Origin: an uncultured Bacteroidales bacterium
Lineage (GTDB): Bacteria > Bacteroidota > Bacteroidia > Bacteroidales > Paludibacteraceae
Reading direction: 5' to 3'
Assembly: GCA_902774995.1 (NCBI GenBank)
Contig: CACYKR010000012.1
Coordinates: forward strand, 121 to 64,120
DNA length: 64,000 nt
A program made the position numbers and the translations under genes. This document shows, one piece after another, positions 52,444 to 62,600 of this stretch. Position 1 is the stretch's first letter. Each line of letters starts with the position of its first letter. The notes below the pieces were generated by a model, which saw only the letters and a list, made by a program, of their open reading frames with translations, ran no database searches and was not told where the DNA came from.

Positions 52444-53601
52444 TTATTCAGATAATATATTCAGGAACGCAGCAGTCATGTTGGACCACGCGTATTTGGT
52501 TTTCTCTTTTTTCAAATACTCTGTATAAGACGCTTGACGGTTATTGTTGAAATAATCCAACAAGTCTTCCGCTATAGCGTCCGCCCCCGGCGCGCACGCA
52601 TAGCCCATCTTATGGTCATGCACGATCTCGCCAAGCCCTCCTACGTTCGTCACGAGCATCGGTTTCTCGAAATGGAAGGCTACTTGCGTCACGCCGGACT
52701 GCGTAGCCGTCTTATAGGGCTGCACGATGAGATCCGCCGCACCGAAATACTTGCGCAGGTCGGCGTCGGGGATAAACTCGTTGCGTAGGATTACCCTGTC
52801 AGTCAGTCCGTTCGCCTCTATCTGCGCGCGGTATTTGTCCTCGTGCTCGTAGAACTCTCCGGCTATGATTAACTGTAATTCCGGCAGTTGGTCTTTTATC
52901 TGTCCAAAGGCGTCAAGCAACAAATCCAAACCTTTGTAAGCCCGCACAAGCCCGAAGAAAAGCATATACTGTCTGTCTTCCGGCAGCCCCAATGCCTTGC
53001 AGGCTTCTTCTTTTGTCATCCGCTCGCCGTAATGGTCATAGATGGGATGCGGAGAAGAGACTTTTGGTCTATTTGATATTTCACATTTGAGATTTGATAT
53101 TTTTGCCTCTACTTTCTCTATATCTTTCACCACACTGTCGGAGAGGGCGACAAAGCCGTCCTGGCTCTTGACGAAATAGGGGGCAAAGAGTTTATCCAAT
53201 ACCGAAGGCTCATGGGGCATCATGTTGTGTACCAGCGCAACGGCTTTGGTCTTGCCGTTGCGTCGCGCCAAACGTGAGATGAGTCCGTACGCGGGTGCAA
53301 AGAACGCCATCCAGTAACAGCATATTAGCAGGTCTGGTGCCGCCTTGCGGACAGCACGTCCTACACGGAGCCAGTTGAAAGGGTTGCAGGAGTTGAGCGT
53401 CCGTCGGATAGTAAGTCCCGCAGGCGCTTCTTCCGTAGAGTACTGCGTCTTGCCGGGGAAGAGGAAAGAGGGGTATTGGAGGGTGAAGGTCCATAGCTCC
53501 ACCTCGTGCCCTTCTTCCGCGAACTGGCGTGCGAGCCGCTCGTTGAACGTCGCGAGTCCGCCGCGATAAGGGTATGCTGTGCCTAAAAGGATGATTTTCA
53601 T
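52444..53601 (-). CDS. Glycosyltransferase family 4/1 (GT-B)
   Basis: 385 aa. The N-terminus is MKIILLGTAYPYRGGLATFNERLA and the C-terminal region is YKTATQSGVTQVAFHFEKPMLVTNVGGLGEIV. Confidence 0.75.
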   Translation of the reverse strand: MKIILLGTAYPYRGGLATFNERLARQFAEEGHEVELWTFTLQYPSFLFPGKTQYSTEEAPAGLTIRRTLNSCNPFNWLRVGRAVRKAAPDLLICCYWMAFFAPAYGLISRLARRNGKTKAVALVHNMMPHEPSVLDKLFAPYFVKSQDGFVALSDSVVKDIEKVEAKISNLKCEISNRPKVSSPHPIYDHYGERMTKEEACKALGLPEDRQYMLFFGLVRAYKGLDLLLDAFGQIKDQLPELQLIIAGEFYEHEDKYRAQIEANGLTDRVILRNEFIPDADLRKYFGAADLIVQPYKTATQSGVTQVAFHFEKPMLVTNVGGLGEIVHDHKMGYACAPGADAIAEDLLDYFNNNRQASYTEYLKKEKTKYAWSNMTAAFLNILSE

Positions 53602-54305
53602 GACTGTACGGGTTGTTTAAGGTCCTCTGCGTAGGTGATTTTGCGGTTGGCTTCTTCACCGGGGACAATAAAAATCGGGTGTCGCGGTTCGTATTTGCGC
53701 ACGATACCGGCATCGTCGGTAGCAACGGGTTCGTCCTCGGCAAGGGCTTTCATATAGGCGCCTGCTACCAGCTCGAAACGGAAAGCCTGGGGCGTCTGGG
53801 CACGCATAAAGTCTTTTCTATCCGGTATCTCGCGCACATGGCCGTCCTCCGTTCTGTAGAGCGTGTCGGTGACAGGAACGGCTACCGTTACGGCATCGTG
53901 GTTCTCCAGCGCGGCAGCTATATCGGCGAGGATGCGTTGGGAGACGAAAGGCCGTGCCGCATCGTGAAACCAAAGGTTGATAGGCGATTGATGATTGATG
54001 ATTGACGATTCATCGTCCATATACGCCAGAATGGCATGCCAGGAAGACTCCCACCGTTCGGAGCCACCGGGGATAAGTCTGGTCAGCTTTTGCCAAGTGT
54101 TCGCTTGGCATATCTTCTGCAGGTCCCCCATAAAATCCGGGTGCATGACCACGGCTATCTCGTCTATAGATGGCGAGGCCTCAAACGCATCAACGGAGTG
54201 CTCGAGTACCGAGCGTCCGTCAGCGAGGGGCAAGAGCTGTTTCGGGGTCTCTCCACCTACTCTGCTACCGGTTCCTCCGGCTAATATGACTGCGATATTC
54301 CGCAT
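53598..54305 (-). CDS. ispD: 2-C-methyl-D-erythritol 4-phosphate cytidylyltransferase family protein
   Basis: 235 aa. Motifs are IAVILAGGTGSRVGGETPKQLL and RAQTPQAF. It is one of three IspD-family paralogues in the window, so the exact substrate is uncertain. Confidence 0.65.
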   Translation of the reverse strand: MRNIAVILAGGTGSRVGGETPKQLLPLADGRSVLEHSVDAFEASPSIDEIAVVMHPDFMGDLQKICQANTWQKLTRLIPGGSERWESSWHAILAYMDDESSIINHQSPINLWFHDAARPFVSQRILADIAAALENHDAVTVAVPVTDTLYRTEDGHVREIPDRKDFMRAQTPQAFRFELVAGAYMKALAEDEPVATDDAGIVRKYEPRHPIFIVPGEEANRKITYAEDLKQPVQS

Positions 54306-54793
54306 TCTTTTAAGATATTGTCTGTGATTTCCCTTATTGCACCTTGTCCGCCGGGGGTCTGCAGCACGTGTATGCCGTTGATGGCCTTGACTTCGGGACG
54401 TGCGTTCGGCGGACAGCAGGGGTAGCCTACCGCGCGCAATAACTCCACATCGTTGATATCATCACCTACATAGCATACATCCTCCAGACCTATCCCTGTT
54501 TGCGCGCAAATCTCCTGTGCCGCCTGCAGTTTCGTCAGGCAGTCGGGATTGACCTTGCTGCCTACACCACGGTAGAGAAAACGCAGTTTCAGTTTCTCCG
54601 CCCTCGCCTTCACCACTGCCGAGTTCTCCGAGGTAAGGATACCGCAAGGGATGCCCGCCTGCTGCAGGCAGACCATGCCCATGCCGTCATAGACACAGAA
54701 ACGCTTCATGACTTCGCCCTCGGCAGTGTAATACATACCGCCGTCGGTCAGACAGCCGTCCACATCGGTGAGGAAAAGTTTAATCGAATGCAT
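54281..54793 (-). CDS. kdsC: KdsC-family HAD-IIIA phosphatase (3-deoxy-D-manno-octulosonate 8-phosphate phosphatase-like)
   Basis: 170 aa. Motifs are LFLTDVDGCLTDGGMYY and YVGDDINDVELL. Confidence 0.75.
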   Translation of the reverse strand: MHSIKLFLTDVDGCLTDGGMYYTAEGEVMKRFCVYDGMGMVCLQQAGIPCGILTSENSAVVKARAEKLKLRFLYRGVGSKVNPDCLTKLQAAQEICAQTGIGLEDVCYVGDDINDVELLRAVGYPCCPPNARPEVKAINGIHVLQTPGGQGAIREITDNILKECGISQSY

Positions 54794-55829
54794 TCCAGCC
54801 TTGTGCTTTAAGGGTTATTTCTTCGCCGTTACGGCCGATGAGGTTGCAGCCGTATTCGGGTTTTGTGATATGACCGATGATATACAGGTCCTCCACGGGG
54901 ATGAGTTTCTCATAGTCATCGAGCGAACAAGTAAAGAGGAGTTCGTAGTCCTCTCCGCCGTTGAGGGCGCAAGTGACGATATTGAGGTTCATCTCCTCTG
55001 CGAGTGCCGCCGCCTGGAAATCAATAGGCAGTTTGTCCTCATAGACGCAGCAGCCCACGCCGGACTGCGAACAGATATGCATCAGTTCGGAGGAGAGTCC
55101 GTCAGACACATCCATCATCGCTGTGGGCTTGACACCCACCTTGCGGAGGGATTCGAGGATGTCTCTGCGCGCCTCGGGTTTGAGCTGGCGTTCGAGGAGG
55201 TATTCGCGCCCCTCAAAGGCAGCAATCGGAGTATTCGGAGTACTCGGAGTATTCGGCGTACTCTGGCTCATCGCCAACCTTTCTCTTTCCAGCAGCTGGA
55301 GGCCCATATAAGCCGTTCCGAGGTTACCGGAGACACAGATAAGGTCGTTGAGTTTGGCACCGTTGCGATAGACGATATCTTTGGCAGCCGCGGTACCGAG
55401 GCAGGTGATAGAGATGGTGAGGCCGGTCATGGAGGCGCATGTATCACCTCCCACCAAATCCACATTATACCGCTCGCACGCCAGACGGATGCCGGAATAG
55501 AGGGCTTCTATATCTTCCACGGAGAACCGTTTGGAGATGCCAAGCGAGACGGTGATCTGCGTCGGCGTACCGTTCATGGCGTATATATCCGAGAAATTAA
55601 CCACCGCAGCCTTGTATCCCAAATGCTTGAGCGGCACGTACTCGAGGTTGAAATGAATGCCCTCAAGGAGCATGTCGGTAGTCATAAGGACTTTCTTGGA
55701 GCCGAAGTCCATGACGGCACAGTCGTCTCCAATGCCTTTCTTGGTCGAAGGCTGGACCGTCTTGAGGTCCTTTGTCAGATGTTTGATGAGTCCGAACTCA
55801 CCGTATTTTGCTATTTCTGTCATAATCAC
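54780..55829 (-). CDS. thiL: Thiamine-monophosphate kinase
   Basis: 349 aa. The N-terminal region is GEFGLIKHL...GIGDDCAVM...MTTDMLLEGIHF. It contains an in-frame (STPNTP)x2 insert. Confidence 0.85.
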   Translation of the reverse strand: MIMTEIAKYGEFGLIKHLTKDLKTVQPSTKKGIGDDCAVMDFGSKKVLMTTDMLLEGIHFNLEYVPLKHLGYKAAVVNFSDIYAMNGTPTQITVSLGISKRFSVEDIEALYSGIRLACERYNVDLVGGDTCASMTGLTISITCLGTAAAKDIVYRNGAKLNDLICVSGNLGTAYMGLQLLERERLAMSQSTPNTPSTPNTPIAAFEGREYLLERQLKPEARRDILESLRKVGVKPTAMMDVSDGLSSELMHICSQSGVGCCVYEDKLPIDFQAAALAEEMNLNIVTCALNGGEDYELLFTCSLDDYEKLIPVEDLYIIGHITKPEYGCNLIGRNGEEITLKAQGWNAFD

Positions 55830-55843
55830 ATATAATGGGCATG

Positions 55844-55851
55844 CAAAGGTA
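55844..55851 (-). promoter_or_regulatory. Candidate -7 box (TACCTTTG) for the thiL operon
   Basis: The minus strand reads tcgTACCTTTGcatgcc, about 15 nt upstream of the thiL ATG. Confidence 0.45.
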
Positions 55852-55955
55852 CGAAAAATAATTGAAAATTGAAAAATGAAAAATGAAAATTAACAAAAAA
55901 GGTACTCTTTTTTATAAAAAAAGCGTGCGCGCTTGCGTATATAAAAAATTTATTG

Positions 55956-55963
55956 TATCTTTG
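55956..55963 (+). promoter_or_regulatory. Candidate -7 box (TATCTTTG) for ruvA-sprA
   Basis: Reads ttgTATCTTTGtgcg, about 50 nt upstream of the ruvA ATG. Confidence 0.45.
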
Positions 55964-56012
55964 TGCGTTTTTTGCCGGTTTAGAACCGGAGCAAGCAAAA
56001 CCATTCGGAAAG

Positions 56013-56618
56013 ATGATCGAATACATCAAAGGAATATTGACAGAACTGAACCCGACGAAGGCGATTATAGAAGCCGCCGGTGTGGGTTACGGAATCGCTA
56101 TCACGTTGCCGACATACTCGGCGTTGGTGGGAAGCGAGGAGAAAGAAACCAAGTTGTTTATTACGGAGATCATCCGTGAGGACACCCATGAGATATACGG
56201 ATTTGCCACCAAGACTGAGCGTCAGTTGTTTGAGTTGCTGATGACGGTGAGCGGCATCGGAGCCGCCACTGCACGCATGATTCTCTCTGCTTTCACAGCG
56301 GAAGAGTTGCGAATGCTGATCGCTACCGGTAACGCCAAAGCGATGTCGAAAGTGAAAGGTCTTGGTACAAAGACTGCGCAACGTATCATCGTGGACCTCA
56401 AGGACAAGGCTATCAAACTGGATTTGGGCGGAGACCCGACGGAGATTCCTATGCTGGATGTAGAGGCAGATAGCGGTGTGAAAGCCGAGGCAGTGAGTGC
56501 GCTGACGATGCTCGGGTTCAATGCAGCCGCCAGCGGCAAGGCCGTAGATAAGATATTGAAAGGTGACCCGGCGATGAAGGTGGAGGCCGTCATTCGCGAA
56601 GCGTTAAAAATGCTGTAA
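56013..56618 (+). CDS. ruvA: Holliday junction branch migration complex subunit RuvA
   Basis: The start was moved to the ATG at 56013 (MIEYIKGILTELNPTKAIIEAAGVGYGIAITL). HhH motifs are present: VSGIGAATARMIL and VKGLGTKTAQRII. Length is 201 aa. Confidence 0.9.
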   Translation: MIEYIKGILTELNPTKAIIEAAGVGYGIAITLPTYSALVGSEEKETKLFITEIIREDTHEIYGFATKTERQLFELLMTVSGIGAATARMILSAFTAEELRMLIATGNAKAMSKVKGLGTKTAQRIIVDLKDKAIKLDLGGDPTEIPMLDVEADSGVKAEAVSALTMLGFNAAASGKAVDKILKGDPAMKVEAVIREALKML

Positions 56619-56631
56619 GAGACCGCAGGCA

Positions 56632-59600
56632 GTGCCTGCTCAAAGACAAAAGAAGACATTGAAAAGAACAATACAACACATATTATTAGTTAGTCTGTTG
56701 CTGTGGTTGCCGATGGCAGCCATGGACTCTTCTGCGCAGAACACACCGAAGAAGCCGAAGACGCTGAAGGAGCTGATAGCCGAAGAGAAGGCCCAGAAAG
56801 AAGCTGCCAAGGCAGCGCGCGAGGCGGAGAAGAAAGCGGAGGAGGAAGAGAAAGCACGGCGTGAAGAAGAACGCAAGCAACGCGAAGAGGAACGCAAACA
56901 GCGTGAGGCCGAGCGCGAGGCAAAGATAGCTTCCGGCGAGGCCGTGCCGGAGGACGTAGCGGATTTCGTGACCGATACGGACAGCAGTTACTGGGCACCG
57001 ACAAACGTGAAGCAGCTGGGTGCACAAAACTACGGGGAACTGACAAGACCTGTCTCCTCGCTGGACCTGCAGGACCCGGAGAACGTGACAACCACTGTCG
57101 AGTACCAGCCGGAGAGCGGGATGTACGTCATCCACACGCGTATCGGCGAGACGGACATCACCACGCCGTATATGCTGACGCAAGAGGAATACAACCAATA
57201 CGCCGAGCGGCAGATCATGCACCGGTACTGGCAGCAGAAGATAGGCGAGGTGGAGCATAACAACGAGCGGAAGTTTGACATCACGGACATGAAATTCAAC
57301 ATCGGTCCGGCCGACAAAGTGTTCGGCCCGGGCGGAGTGCAGCTGAAGATGCAAGGTAGCGCGGAGTTGCTGTTCGGATTCAAACACCAGTATATCGCCA
57401 ACCCGTCTCTCACCCCGCGTGCACGAAACAATAACATCTTCGATTTCGACGAGAAGATCCAAGCCAGCATCCAAGGCAAGGTAGGCCAGAAGCTGAACTT
57501 CAACATGAGCTACAACACCGAGGCCTCTTTCTCTTTCGACCAGCAGAATATCAAGATCAACTACAAAGGCGACGAGGATGATATTATCCAGAGTATCGAG
57601 GCCGGTAACGTGACGATGGACCTGCCCAGTTCGCTTATCCGCGGCAGCAAGGCGCTGTTCGGTATCAAGACGAACCTGAAGTTCGGCAAGTTCAAGATCC
57701 AGGCATTGATCAGCCAGCAGAACAGCGAGGCGCAGTCGGTAAGCAGCCAAGGCGGTGCGCAGATGTCGAAATTCGACATCGCGGGTGACAGCTACGACGA
57801 GAACAGGCACTTCTTCCTGAGTCATTTCTTCCGCGACAATTTCGAGAAGGCGATGACGACCGTACCGTATATCGCAAGCGGCGTACAGATCAACAAAATC
57901 GAGGTATGGGTAACAAACAAAAGGGGTAACTACGACGAGGCACGTAACATCGTGGCATTCACGGACTTAGGCGAGACAGCCAGCCACTCGCAGTTGTATT
58001 GGGGTCCCAACCAAAGGCCTGCTCCGGACAACAAGATGAACAACCTGTACACCGATATACAGGCTACTAATTTCCGCCAGATAGACCAGACGAGTACGGC
58101 TCTGGGCGGTCTGAACGGGATGGAAGGCGGCGTGGATTTCGAGAAGATCGAGTCGGCGCGGCTGCTGAACAGCAGCGAGTACACGCTCAACAGCGCGTTG
58201 GGATTCATCTCTCTGAAGAGCGCGCTGAACCAGGACGAGGTGCTGGCGGTAGCCTACGAGTACACGTACAACGGGAATGTGTATCAGGTAGGCGAGTTCT
58301 CGACGGACGGCAGCGACGAGCTGCGTACGCCCAATGCGCTGGCGTTGAAGATGCTGAAGAGCAGTGCAAACGCTCCGGGGCACAAAGGCCGCGGTACCTG
58401 GGATCTGATGATGAAGAACATCTATTCGTTAGGTGCAACCAGTATCAACTCCGACAAGTTCGAACTATACGTGACCTACCGCAACGACTCGGTGGGCACG
58501 GACATGCAATACCTGACGGAAGGTCCGATTAACGGCAAACAGCTGATCCGGGTGATGAACCTGGACCGTCTGGACCAGAAACATAACGCCGCGCCGGACG
58601 GAAGGTTCGACTTCATAGAGGGCGTGACCATCCAGTCGGGAACGGGTAAGATCATCTTCCCGGTACTGGAGCCGTTCGGCAGCTATCTGGCAGACCAGTT
58701 AGGCGGCGCAAACACGGCGCTGGCGAAGAAATACTGCTTCCCGGAACTGTACGACTCGACGATAGTGGTAGCGCAGGAGATGAGCGAAAAGAACAAATTC
58801 CGTCTGACAGGTAAATACAAAGGCACGAACAGCAGCGAGATCCGTCTGGGTGCCATGAACGTACCGCGCGGAAGCGTGACAGTCACCGCCGGCGGCGCCA
58901 CGCTGATAGAGAACGTGGATTACACCGTGGACTACACCATGGGAACGGTGACCATACTGAACACCTCAATCTTGGAGAGCGGCACGAATGTCGATGTGAA
59001 GCTAGAGAACCAGAGCACCTTCTCCATGCAGCGCAAGAGCCTCTTCGGCGCTCATCTGGAGTACGAGTTCAACAAAGACCTGGTGATCGGCGGAACAATC
59101 ATGCACCTGCGCGAACGGCCGCTGACAACCAAAGTGAATATGGGTTCGGAGCCGTTAGCCAACACCATCTGGGGCGTCAACGGAAGCTGGAAGACCGATC
59201 TGCAATGGCTTACCAATGCCATAGACAAGATCCCCTGGATCACAGCCACCGCTCCATCGACCTTCCAGATCAGTGCGGAGTTCGCACATCTCATCCCCGG
59301 CCACACGCGTGACGTAGGCTCAACAGGAACAGCATATATCGATGATTTCGAGAGCACTACGACAAATATTGACGTGCATTACCCGAACTACTGGTTCCTG
59401 GCGTCCACCCCTACTCCGTTTGCGGAGTCGAAGGATGTGAACAAACTGAGTTACAACAAGAACCGCGCTCATATAGCATGGTACAGCGTGGATCCTATTT
59501 TCGGCTACCCGCAGACAAACACGCCGGACCATATCCGTAATGACTTAGCGGCACTGAGCGACCACCGTACACGTATCGTCTATCAGGACGAGATTTACCC

Positions 59601-62600
59601 GAACCGCCAGGAAGCCAGCAACGTAGATACAAAACTGCCGATCCTGAACTTAGCGTACTACCCCGAGGAGCGCGGACAGTATAATATCTCGTACGAAGAA
59701 ATCGGTACAGACGGCAAGCTGACCCATCCGGAGCAACGCTGGGGCGGTATCATGCGGCGGTTGGAGAACACGGACTTCGAGAAAGCGAATATCGAGTATA
59801 TCCAGTTCTGGCTGATGGATCCGGCGCTGACCAACCCCGACCATCCGACGGACTACAACGGCGAGCTGTATATCAACTTAGGCGACGTGAGCGAAGATAT
59901 TCTCCGCGATGGCAAGAAAGCGTTCGAGCACGGCATGCCGGTGTCCGACAATGACTTAGGCCGCGTTGATTCGACCATCTGGGGTCTCGTACCGAAGACG
60001 ACGAGCACCGTGACGGCTTTCAGCAACGAGGCGGGCTCGCGCGAGCGTCAGGACGTAGGTCTGAACGGTCTGAACGACGAGCAGGAGTACAACTTCTCCT
60101 ATCAGGGCCAGCGCCCCTACAAGACATTCGTCGATACGCTCCGCTCCAAGGTGAGCGGCGATGTGCTGAGCCGCTGGCAGCGCGATCCGTTTTCCCCGCT
60201 CAACGACCCTGCCGGGGATAACTTCCATTTCTTCCGCGGCACGGACTACGACGAGCAGCAGGTGCCTATCCTGGACCGTTACAAACACTATAATGGTACG
60301 CAGGGCAACTCTCCGGCCACCGAGCAGCAGAACGAGAGTTACGGTACTGCAGCAACCCTGACGCCGGATATGGAGGATATCAACCTGGACAACACCCTCA
60401 ACGAATACGAGAAATACTACCAATACAAAGTGATCCTGCGCCCCGACATGATGGAGGTAGGCCGCCAGCATATCACGGAGAAGAAAATCCGCAAGGTGAC
60501 GCTTCGTAACGGCGAGACGGTCGATGTGACCTGGTATCAGTTCAAGATACCCCTCCATGGCGACAGCGCCACGATGCAGCGCGTGGGTTCTATCCGGAAT
60601 TGGAAATCCATCCGTTTCATGCGTATGTATATGACCGGCTGCAAACACGAGACTTTCCTGCGTTTTGCGACCATGGACCTGGTACGCGGCGAGTGGCGCC
60701 AGTACACACGCGAACTGGCTCCCGTAGGTGTGCCGGTAAACCCCTCCGCCTCCATCGATGTACAGACCGTCAATATCGAGGAGAACAGCACCCGTTCGCC
60801 GATCAACTATGTGCTGCCTCCGGGTGTGAGCCGCCAGACGGACCCGGGTCAGGCACAGCTGATAGCGCAGAACGAACAGGCAATGGTACTGCGTGTATCC
60901 AACCTCAGTCCGCGTGACGCAAGGGCGATGTACAAGAACACAGGTTTCGACATGCGGCAATACAAGAACCTGCAAATGTTCGTTCACGCAGAGCAGATGA
61001 GCGCCGTGGATCCGGACCTGAAAGACAACGAGCTGACCTGTTTCATCCGGTTGGGAAGCGACCTGAAGAATAACTACTACGAATACGAGATACCGCTGAA
61101 GCTGACCGCTCCGGGTATATACAACAACGAGTCTGAGACCGACCGCGAGATTGTATGGCCCCGAGCGAACATGTTCGATTTCCCGCTCTCCGTCTTCACC
61201 GACGCCAAGACCGCCCGTAACAAAGCACGGCGCGCAGGCAACGAGGGTGTGAGCAACACCCAGCCGTATGTAGTCTATGACGACGCCAACGACAAGCCGC
61301 AGAACAAGATCACCGTGCTGGGTAACCCGACGCTGGAAGAAATCTCGACTATCATGATCGGTGTACGCAACAACGGCCAGCACGACGCAAGCGGCGAGAT
61401 ATGGGTGAACGAGCTACGGTTGAGCCAGTTCAACGAGCAAGGCGGTGTAGCCGCCATGGCGAACGCCTCGCTTGCCATCAGCGATATCGCCCAAGTGAAC
61501 GTAGCCGGCCATTTGGAGACGGCAGGCTACGGCTCTATCGAATCGAACGTGATGGACCGCAATCTGGACAATTTCTACCAGATATCCGTCAGTGCGGCTC
61601 TGGAGGCTGGACGACTGCTGCCGGAGAAGGCGAAGATACAGATGCCGCTCTACGTAGCGTACAGCAAGGAGGTGACGAGCCCGGACTACGACCCGCTGGA
61701 CACCGATGTGAAGCTCTCGGAGACACTCAGCACCTACGACACCAAAGAGGAACGCGACTCCATCAGAAAGATAACGAACACCGTACATGAGTCCACTTCG
61801 TTCTCGGTCAGCAACATGAAGGTCAATATCCACTCGAAGAAGAAAGACATGTTCTACGACCCGGCGAACTTCTCTATCTCCGCGTCGTATAACAAACAGG
61901 CGGAACACACGCCCGAGATGGAAACCAACTACACGACCGACCACAAGGGTAGTTTCCAATACGCCTACAACTTCAACCCCAAGCCCTGGGAGCCGTTCGG
62001 CAAGGTAGAGAAAGTACAGAAAGTGAAAGTACTCAAAGAGATGAATTTCTACTATCTGCCGCAGTCGTGGGGATTCAACATGAACATGCACCGCACCTTC
62101 AGCCACATGAAGATGCGCGACCTGGCCGGTTCGGCGGCGTCGAATATGGACCTGACCTACAGCAAGGACTTCACCTGGGACCGCAACGTCGATTTCAAAT
62201 ACGACCTGACGAAGAACATGAAGTTCAGCTTCCAATCCTCCTACAACGCCATCATCGACGAAGGCAAGTACACGCCTGAGATTCTGAAAGACCGCTATTT
62301 CGACGCGGAGTTCAACCACGACAAATACGAGGCTTGGCGGGATACCATCCAGCGTTCGTTAGGCCGTTTCGGCAAGCCGTACGCCTACCAGCAGATCTTC
62401 ACCGCCAGTTGGAACGTACCACTGAACCGCATCCCCTATCTGGACCCGCTGACACTCAATGGGTCGTATAACGCCAACTACAACTGGACCCGCACGGCTT
62501 CAACCACCTCCGGCGAGGACATGGGTAACACCGTCAGCAGCCTCCAGACATGGCAGGTGGACGGCGGTATCAATTTCGAGACATGGTATAACAAATCCAA

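Noticed and set aside
54768-55835. 355-aa ORF antisense to thiL
   Set aside because: thiL on the minus strand has clear family motifs. The plus-strand ORF has none and mirrors its codon structure.
56686-61383. Long minus-strand ORFs (56686..57825, 59956..61383, 61414..62319) inside sprA
   Set aside because: They are antisense shadows of the giant sprA ORF. Their translations are Arg/Val/Leu-rich and unstructured.
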